Shown here: positions 26,772 to 33,147 of the stretch, piece by piece
Numbering within the stretch: the stretch's first letter is position 1
How the letters are laid out: every line of letters begins with the position of its first letter
Source of the DNA: a virus
Length of the DNA: 33,147 nucleotides
UHGV virus genome: UHGV-0236124
Strand: one strand, 5' to 3'
Program-made: the position numbers and the translations under genes
The notes under the pieces: generated by a model
Told to the model about the DNA's origin: nothing
What the model saw: only the letters and a program-made list of their open reading frames with translations
The model's database searches: none

Positions 26772-29700
26772 TTTGGGGATTGATGCGGCAGAGTTTAAAA
26801 ATGAAATTCCCCGTATCAAAAACCTTCTGAATGGTGCAGCCAGCGATGCAGAACGGTCTTCTGCCCGTATGCAGCGTTTTATGGAGCGTCAGACTCAGGC
26901 CGCCCGGCAGACAACGCAGGCAGCTTCTTCGGCTGCAACAGCCGCATCCGTCCATGCGCAGACGGTGGAGAAGAACGCACAGGCTCATGAACGCATGGCC
27001 CGCGAGGTGGAGAAAACCCGCCAGCGCATGGAGGCACTGAGCCAGAAAATGCGCGAGGAACAGGCGCAGGCCATGGCTCTGGCGGAGGCTCAGGATAAAG
27101 CGGCTGCTGCGTTTTATCGTCAGATTGACAGTGTGAAACAGGCCAGTGCGGGGCTGCAGGAATTACAGCGTATTCAGCAGCAGATCCGACAGGCCAGAAA
27201 CAGTGGCGGGATTGGTCAGCAGGATTATCTGGCGCTGATTTCTGAGGTTACTGCGAAAACTCGTGTTCTTACACAGGCTGAGGAAGAGGCTACCCGACAG
27301 AAAGTGGCGTTTATCCGTCAGCTTAAAGAGCAGGCAACCCGCCAGAATCTTTCTTCTTCTGAGTTGCTTCGTGCTAAGGCTGCCCAGCTGGGGGTAAGCA
27401 GTGCTGCAGAAGTGTATATCCGCAAAATGGAGCAGGCAGGAAAAGCCACGCATTCGCTGGGTCTGAAAAGTGCAGCGGCCCGCCAGGAGATAGGCGTTCT
27501 GATAGGTGAACTGGCTCGCGGCAATTTAGGTGCGCTGAGGGGATCCGGGATAACGCTGGCTAACCGTGCCGGATGGATAGACACACTGATGTCACCGAAA
27601 GGCATGATGCTGGGCTGGGTTATTGGCGGTATTGCCGCGGCCGTCTATGGTCTGGGTAAAGCCTGGTATGATGGTCAGAAGGAGGGGGAAGAATTTAACC
27701 GCCAGTTGTCGCTGACGGGGCATTATGCCGGAGTCACTGCCGGGCAGCTGTGGACGCTCAGTCGTGCTATTTCCGGGAATGGTATCACGCAACATGCTGC
27801 AGCCGGTGCGCTGGCTCAGGTGGTGGGGAGTGGTGCATTTCGTGGAAACGATATCGGTATGGTGGCGAGAGCTGCCGCACAGATGGAGCGATCGGTTGGC
27901 CAGTCGGTCAGCGATACCATAAATCAGTTTAAGCGGCTGAAGGATGATCCTGTAAATGCCGCGAAGGCTCTGGACAATGAGCTGCATTTTCTTACTGCCA
28001 CTCAGCTTGAGCAGATACGTGTCCTTGGGGATCAGGGACGGTCCAGTGATGCTGCACGGATAGCCATGTCTGCACTGGCAGAGGAAACCGGTCGGCGTAC
28101 TGCGGATATTGATAATAACCTCAATGCGCTTGGCAGTACGCTGAAGTATCTGTCTGATTTGTGGAGTCGTTTCTGGGATGCGGCCATGAATATTGGTCGT
28201 GAAGACTCGCTGGATGAACAGATTGCCGCTTTACAGGAGAAAGTGTCGCGGGCGAAAAGACTCCCCTGGACGGCATCATCTTCTCAGGTTGAATACGATC
28301 AGCAGCGTCTTAACGATCTTCAGGAGAAAAAACGCCAGAAGGATTTGCAGGATGCAAAAGAGCAGGCAGAGCGGAATTATCAGGAGCAACAGAAACGACG
28401 TAATGCTGAAAATGCTGCACTGAACCGGATGAATGAAACGGAAGCAGCACGACATCAGCGTGAAATTGCGCGTATTAATGCCATGCAGTACGCCGACCAG
28501 GCTGTCAGGGATGCGGCGATACAACGTGAAAATGAACGTTACGAGAAAGCCCTGGCATCCGGTAAGAAAAAAACACGCGAAACCCGTAATGATGAGGCCA
28601 CCCGGTTATTGCTGCAGTACAGTCAGCAACAGGCACAGGTGGAAGGGCAGATTGCTGCTGCAAGACAGTCAGCAGGCATTGCCACTGAAAAGATGACAGA
28701 AGCGCATAAACAGCTTCTGGCTCTGCAGCAGCGCATCAGCGACCTGGACGGGAAAAAACTGACGGCAGATGAAAAGAGTGTGCTGGCCCGTAAAGATGAA
28801 CTGATTCAGGCACTGACGCTGCTGGATGTAAAACAGCAGGAGCTTCAGAAACAGACGGCACTCAACGAGCTGAAGAAAAAAACAATTCAGCTGACCAGTC
28901 AACTGGCTGAAGAAGAGCGCGCTCAGCGTCAGCAACATGACCTGGATATCGCCACGGTGGGTATGGGTGATCAGCAGAGGCAGCGATATCAGGTACAACT
29001 GAGTCTTCGCCAGAAATACCAGCAACAGCTGGAGCAGTTGAGGCGGGATAGTGAGCAGAAAGGGACATATAACACGGATGACTACAGAAAGGCCGAGCAG
29101 GCGCTGACGGAGAGCCTGAACCGACAACTGAATGAGAATCGCCGTTATTGGCAACAGCTTGAAATTGCTCAGGGTAACTGGAAAAACGGTGCTATGCGGG
29201 CGTTTCAGAATTTCACGGCAGATGCGGATAATGCGGCAGGCACTGCTGAGCAGATGCTTACAGCGGCATTTAACAGTGCAGGTAATGCACTGGCAACGTT
29301 CTGTACTACCGGAAAACTGAACTTCAAATCTTTTACCGCCTCGCTCCTTTCTGATCTGGCAAAAATCATGGCTCAGATGTCCATGATGCAGGCAGTTAAG
29401 GGGATTGGTTCGGCGTTTGGCTGGGGGAGTGCAGCAACTGCCAGTGTGACGCCCAATGCTGATGGTGGTGTTTATCAGTCTGCTGATTTGAGTCGCTACA
29501 GTGGCACGGTGGTTAACCGTCCGACGTTTTTTGCTTTTGCAAAAGGTGCAGGTGTGATGGGGGAAGCTGGGCCTGAAGCCATTCTGCCTCTGCGTCGTGG
29601 TGCTGACGGTAAGCTGGGGGTTGTGGCGGATATTGGTGGTTCAGGTATGGCGATGTTTGCCCCGCAGTACAACATCGAGATCAATAACGATGGCACGAAC

Positions 29701-29817
29701 GGGCAGATAGGTCCGGCTGCCCTGAAGGTGGTTTATGACCTCGGGAAAAAAGCAGCAGCGGACTTTATGCAACAGCAGGCCCGTGATGGTGGTCGGTTAA
29801 GTGGAGCATATCGGTAA
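26743..29817 (+). CDS. tail tape measure protein (H-like)
   Basis: about 1024 aa; GGAGGTG 6 nt upstream of ATG 26743; long Q/A/R-rich coiled-coil body; between GT and M. Confidence 0.85.
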   Translation: MDQIANLVIDLGIDAAEFKNEIPRIKNLLNGAASDAERSSARMQRFMERQTQAARQTTQAASSAATAASVHAQTVEKNAQAHERMAREVEKTRQRMEALSQKMREEQAQAMALAEAQDKAAAAFYRQIDSVKQASAGLQELQRIQQQIRQARNSGGIGQQDYLALISEVTAKTRVLTQAEEEATRQKVAFIRQLKEQATRQNLSSSELLRAKAAQLGVSSAAEVYIRKMEQAGKATHSLGLKSAAARQEIGVLIGELARGNLGALRGSGITLANRAGWIDTLMSPKGMMLGWVIGGIAAAVYGLGKAWYDGQKEGEEFNRQLSLTGHYAGVTAGQLWTLSRAISGNGITQHAAAGALAQVVGSGAFRGNDIGMVARAAAQMERSVGQSVSDTINQFKRLKDDPVNAAKALDNELHFLTATQLEQIRVLGDQGRSSDAARIAMSALAEETGRRTADIDNNLNALGSTLKYLSDLWSRFWDAAMNIGREDSLDEQIAALQEKVSRAKRLPWTASSSQVEYDQQRLNDLQEKKRQKDLQDAKEQAERNYQEQQKRRNAENAALNRMNETEAARHQREIARINAMQYADQAVRDAAIQRENERYEKALASGKKKTRETRNDEATRLLLQYSQQQAQVEGQIAAARQSAGIATEKMTEAHKQLLALQQRISDLDGKKLTADEKSVLARKDELIQALTLLDVKQQELQKQTALNELKKKTIQLTSQLAEEERAQRQQHDLDIATVGMGDQQRQRYQVQLSLRQKYQQQLEQLRRDSEQKGTYNTDDYRKAEQALTESLNRQLNENRRYWQQLEIAQGNWKNGAMRAFQNFTADADNAAGTAEQMLTAAFNSAGNALATFCTTGKLNFKSFTASLLSDLAKIMAQMSMMQAVKGIGSAFGWGSAATASVTPNADGGVYQSADLSRYSGTVVNRPTFFAFAKGAGVMGEAGPEAILPLRRGADGKLGVVADIGGSGMAMFAPQYNIEINNDGTNGQIGPAALKVVYDLGKKAAADFMQQQARDGGRLSGAYR

Positions 29818-30146
29818 TGGAGACGTTTCACTGGAAAGTGCGCCCGGATATGAATGTGGTATCAGAGCCGAAAGTGGTGACAGTGAAGCTGGGCGATGGT
29901 TATGAACAGCGTCGTGCGGCGGGACTGAATAACCAGTTGTCGACTTACAGCGTGACAATACGTGTTCGTAAATGTGAACACCCATCTTTAAAAGCCTTTC
30001 TGGAACGGCACGGTGGCGTCCGCGCATTTCAGTGGACGCCACCTTATGACTGGAAACCGATTAGGGTGGTTTGTCGTAAATGGTCGGCAAGCGTGGGGGC
30101 GCTGTGGGTAACCATAACGGCAGATTTTGAACAGGTCGTGGCATAG
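29817..30146 (+). CDS. minor tail protein M-like
   Basis: 109 aa as in lambda M; METFHWKVRPDMNVVSEPKV... Confidence 0.85.
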   Translation: METFHWKVRPDMNVVSEPKVVTVKLGDGYEQRRAAGLNNQLSTYSVTIRVRKCEHPSLKAFLERHGGVRAFQWTPPYDWKPIRVVCRKWSASVGALWVTITADFEQVVA

Positions 30147-30155
30147 GAGGCTCTG

Positions 30156-30854
30156 ATGCAGGATATTCCACAGGAAACACATCATGAGACGACACGCATC
30201 ACTCAGTCAGCCCAGGTGGTGCTCTGGGAAATCGATCTGACAGAGGTCGGTGGTGAACGTTATTTTTTCTGTAATGAGCAGAACGAAAAAGGTGAGCCGG
30301 TTACCTGGCAGGGGCGGCAGTATCAGGCATACCCCATTCAGGGGACGGGATTTGAACTGAACGGCAAGGGCAGTGCTGCCCGTCCGACACTGACGGTTTC
30401 TAACCTGCACGGCATGGTCACCGGGATGGCGGAAGACCTGCAGAGTCTGGTCGGCGGAACGGTGGTCAGGCGTAAGGTTTACGCCCGTTTTCTGGATGCG
30501 GTGAACTTCGTCAACGGAAACAGCGACGCCGATCCGGAGCAGGAGGTGATCAGCCGCTGGCGCATCGAGCAGTGCAGCGAACTGAGTGCGGTCAGTGCCT
30601 CCTTTGTGTTGTCCACACCGACGGAAACGGATGGCGCTGTTTTTCCGGGACGTATCATGCTGGCCAACACCTGCACCTGGACCTATCGCGGTGATGAGTG
30701 CGGTTATCACGGTCCGGCAGTCGCGGATGAATATGACCAGCCGACGTCCGATATCACGAAGGATAAATGCAGCAAATGCCTGAGCGGCTGTAAGTTTCGC
30801 AATAACGTCGGCAACTTTGGCGGCTTCCTTTCCATTAACAAACTTTCGCAGTAA
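30156..30854 (+). CDS. minor tail protein L-like
   Basis: 232 aa as in lambda L; conserved Cys cluster CTWTYRGDECGY...CSKCLSGC. Confidence 0.9.
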   Translation: MQDIPQETHHETTRITQSAQVVLWEIDLTEVGGERYFFCNEQNEKGEPVTWQGRQYQAYPIQGTGFELNGKGSAARPTLTVSNLHGMVTGMAEDLQSLVGGTVVRRKVYARFLDAVNFVNGNSDADPEQEVISRWRIEQCSELSAVSASFVLSTPTETDGAVFPGRIMLANTCTWTYRGDECGYHGPAVADEYDQPTSDITKDKCSKCLSGCKFRNNVGNFGGFLSINKLSQ

Positions 30855-30858
30855 TCCC

Positions 30859-31602
30859 ATGACAGAGACAGAATCAGCGATTCTGGCGCACGCCCGGCGA
30901 TGTGCGCCAGCGGAGTCGTGCGGCTTCGTGGTGAGAACGCCGGAGGGGGAAAGATATTTTCCCTGCGTGAATATCTCCGGTGAGCCGGAGGAGTATTTCC
31001 GGATGTCTCCGGAGGACTGGCTGCAGGCAGAAATGCAGGGTGAGATTGTGGCGCTGGTCCACAGTCACCCCGGTGGTCTGCCCTGGCTGAGTGAGGCCGA
31101 TCGGCGGCTGCAGGTGCAGAGTGATTTGCCGTGGTGGCTGGTCTGCCGGGGGGCGATTTACAAGTTCCGCTGTGTGCCACATCTTACCGGGCGGCGCTTT
31201 GAGCACGGGGTGACGGACTGTTACACGCTGTTCCGGGATGCTTACCATCTGGCGGGGATTGAGATGCCGGATTTTCATCGCGAGGATGACTGGTGGCGTA
31301 ACGGTCAGAATCTCTATCTGGATAATCTGGAGGCCACAGGGCTGTATCAGGTGCCGTTGTCAGCGGCGCAGCCGGGCGATGTGCTGCTGTGCTGTTTTGG
31401 TTCATCGGTGCCGAATCATGCCGCCATTTACTGTGGTGACGGCGAGCTGCTGCACCATATTCCTGAACAACTGAGCAAACGAGAGAGGTATACCGACAAA
31501 TGGCAGCGACGCACACACTCCCTCTGGCGTCACCGGGCATGGCACGCATCTGCCTTTACGGGGATTTACAACGATTTGGTCGCCGCATCGACCTTCGTGT
31601 GA
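30859..31602 (+). CDS. tail tip assembly protein K-like (MPN/JAMM plus NlpC/P60-like)
   Basis: ATG 5 nt after the L stop; JAMM motif HSHPGG...SEAD; C-terminal Cys/His; internal alternative start at 31003. Confidence 0.8.
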   Translation: MTETESAILAHARRCAPAESCGFVVRTPEGERYFPCVNISGEPEEYFRMSPEDWLQAEMQGEIVALVHSHPGGLPWLSEADRRLQVQSDLPWWLVCRGAIYKFRCVPHLTGRRFEHGVTDCYTLFRDAYHLAGIEMPDFHREDDWWRNGQNLYLDNLEATGLYQVPLSAAQPGDVLLCCFGSSVPNHAAIYCGDGELLHHIPEQLSKRERYTDKWQRRTHSLWRHRAWHASAFTGIYNDLVAASTFV

Positions 31603-32141
31603 AAACGGGGGCTGAAGCCATCCGGGCGCTGGCCACGCAGCTTCCGGCGTTTCGCCAGAAACTGAATGAGGGCTGGTATCAGGTGCGCATTTCCGGGCGT
31701 GATGCAGGCGAAAACGAATTATCTGCCCGTCTTAATGAGCCGCTGGCAAATGGTGCCGTGATCCACATCGTACCGCGTCTGGCGGGTGCCAAAAGTGGCG
31801 GTATTTTTCAGGCAGTGCTGGGTGCGGCGCTAATTGCTACGGCAATCTGGATGCCGGGGCTTAGTATTGTTGCAAGTAATCTCATGTTCTCTCTTGGGGC
31901 AGGTATGGTTTTAGGCGGTGTTGCGCAGATGCTGGCACCGAAAGCCAAAACGCCTAAAGTGTCAGCCACTGATAACGGTAAGCAAAATACCTATTTTTCC
32001 TCATTGGATAACATGGTTGCCCAGGGCAATGTCCTGCCTGTTCTGTACGGTGAAATGCGCGTTGGGTCACGTGTGGCATCTCAGGAGATCAGCACGGCAG
32101 ATGAAGGGGATGGTGGTCAGGTTGTGGTAATTGGGCGGTAA
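31500..32141 (+). CDS. tail tip assembly protein I-like
   Basis: 213 aa; MAATHTLPLASPGMARICLYGDLQRF... and C-terminal ...NTYFSSLDNMVAQGNVLPVLYGEMRVGSRV match lambda I; overlaps the K 3' end as in lambda. Confidence 0.85.
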   Translation: MAATHTLPLASPGMARICLYGDLQRFGRRIDLRVKTGAEAIRALATQLPAFRQKLNEGWYQVRISGRDAGENELSARLNEPLANGAVIHIVPRLAGAKSGGIFQAVLGAALIATAIWMPGLSIVASNLMFSLGAGMVLGGVAQMLAPKAKTPKVSATDNGKQNTYFSSLDNMVAQGNVLPVLYGEMRVGSRVASQEISTADEGDGGQVVVIGR

Positions 32142-32213
32142 TATTATTTACTCATGTTCTAACTGATTTAATATTTATATCGAACACTGATAATTATTCT
32201 GTTGGTTAGCTAT

Positions 32214-32552
32214 ATGAACAAAACGATTTTATTCTGCACGATTATTGCCTTAACAGGATGTAAATCTTTGGATTACGTAAAATCCGGCAAGCCTGTAATG
32301 GAAGGTAATTCATTAAAAAATATTGATGAATTGTCAGGCTGCATATCCAGACAATGGGCTGGTAATGGAACACCTATAACATCCATTCCTATTGAGAATG
32401 GGGTAAGCCTTTTAGTTCCACAGGCTATGGGTGGGTATGATGTTGTGCTTGATATCAAAAAAGCAGGAAATGGCAGTAGTTTTACTCTTTATGAACGCGT
32501 ACCAGCATTAACGCCAAAAATTTTTGCTGATAGTGTTAATGCATGTAAATAA
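32214..32552 (+). CDS. lipoprotein (moron between I and J)
   Basis: MNKTILFCTIIALTGCKS signal peptide with lipobox L-T-G-C; A+T-rich; own terminator downstream. Confidence 0.6.
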   Translation: MNKTILFCTIIALTGCKSLDYVKSGKPVMEGNSLKNIDELSGCISRQWAGNGTPITSIPIENGVSLLVPQAMGGYDVVLDIKKAGNGSSFTLYERVPALTPKIFADSVNACK

Positions 32553-32576
32553 TAGTTAATCCTGCCGTAACTCATG

Positions 32577-32604
32577 AGCCGCCTTTTGGGCGGCTTTGTT
32601 GTTT
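32577..32604 (+). terminator. intrinsic terminator after the I-J lipoprotein moron
   Basis: agccgcc-ttttg-ggcggct followed by ttgttgttt. Confidence 0.5.
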
Positions 32605-32618
32605 ATGGAGTGTGAGGA

Positions 32619-33147
32619 ATGGGTAAAGGTAGCAGTAAGGGGCATACCCCGCGCGAAGCGAAGGACAACCTGAAGTCCACGCAGTTGCTGAGTGTGATCG
32701 ATGCCATCAGCGAAGGGCCGATTGAAGGTCCGGTGGATGGATTAAAAAGCGTGCTGCTGAACAGTACGCCAGTGCTGGACAGTGAGGGGAATACCAATAT
32801 CTCCGGTGTCACGGTGGTGTTCCGGGCCGGTGAGCAGGAGCAGACACCGCCGGAGGGATTTGAATCCTCTGGCTCCGAGACGGTGCTGGGTACGGAAGTG
32901 AAATACGACACGCCGATCACCCGGACCATCACGTCGGCAAACATTGACCGACTGCGTTTTACCTTCGGCGTGCAGGCACTGGTGGAAACCACCTCAAAGG
33001 GGGACAGGAATCCGTCGGAAGTCCGCCTGCTGGTTCAGATCCAGCGTAATGGTGGCTGGGTGACGGAAAAAGACATCACCATTAAGGGCAAAACCACCTC
33101 GCAGTATCTGGCCTCGGTGGTGGTGGGTAACCTGCCGCCGCGCCCGT
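32619..33147 (+). CDS. host specificity / central tail fibre protein J, 5' part (truncated by window end)
   Basis: MGKGSSKGHTPREAKDNLKSTQLLSVIDAISEGPIEGPVDGLKSVLLNSTPVLD... matches the lambda J N-terminus as I recall it; runs off the window. Confidence 0.9.
   Translation, partial: MGKGSSKGHTPREAKDNLKSTQLLSVIDAISEGPIEGPVDGLKSVLLNSTPVLDSEGNTNISGVTVVFRAGEQEQTPPEGFESSGSETVLGTEVKYDTPITRTITSANIDRLRFTFGVQALVETTSKGDRNPSEVRLLVQIQRNGGWVTEKDITIKGKTTSQYLASVVVGNLPPRP

Noticed and set aside
28669-29154. Minus-strand ORFs inside the tape measure gene (several between 27163 and 29154)
   Set aside because: Antisense to a long, well-supported coding region; compositional artefacts
30207-30860. 217-aa minus-strand ORF antisense to tail gene L
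   Set aside because: L on the plus strand matches lambda L across its full length; the antisense frame is an artefact
1-33147. tRNA, rRNA and insertion-sequence elements
   Set aside because: No cloverleaf-like GC-rich 75-90-nt segment with a T-loop motif, no rRNA-like sequence, and no transposase ORF with terminal inverted repeats was seen by eye; a tRNAscan or ISfinder search would be needed to be definitive

Overview
The window reads as a near-complete lambdoid (lambda / phage 21 / CPS-53-like mosaic) prophage of an enterobacterium, with no rRNA, tRNA, CRISPR array or IS element seen. All calls rest on reading the supplied ORF translations and the DNA by eye; no database search was run, so family names are recollection-based. 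Gene order left to right: an accessory three-gene cassette led by a Panacea/DUF4065 (SocA/PanA-like) protein (1125-2326); a PrtN/excisionase-like gene with no adjacent integrase; an AT-rich membrane-protein moron; YfdQ/YfdP-like early-left genes; the immunity region (cI-like S24 repressor, divergent Cro/YdaS-like gene, operator palindromes TTGTACC-N5-GGTACAA); YdaT-like gene; an O-like replication initiator with internal iteron-like repeats; a PerC-like regulator; a LexA DNA-binding-domain-only protein; frameshifted rusA; KilA-N antirepressor; YdfU-like; Q antiterminator with a PR'-like promoter and terminator; a lipoprotein moron bracketed by a duplicated terminator; an orphan beta-class DNA methyltransferase; a phage-21-type lysis cassette (dual-start pinholin, SAR endolysin, Rz with embedded Rz1); a lambda-like cosN candidate; terminase Nu1/A; W; portal; a ClpP-like protease fused to the major capsid protein; decoration, FII, Z, U, V, G/GT (-1 frameshift), H, M, L, K, I; a second lipoprotein moron between I and J; and the 5' end of J. 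The best candidates for an undescribed system are the Panacea-led cassette, the AT-rich membrane protein, the LexA-DBD-only protein, the N-less structured pL leader and the I-J lipoprotein moron.
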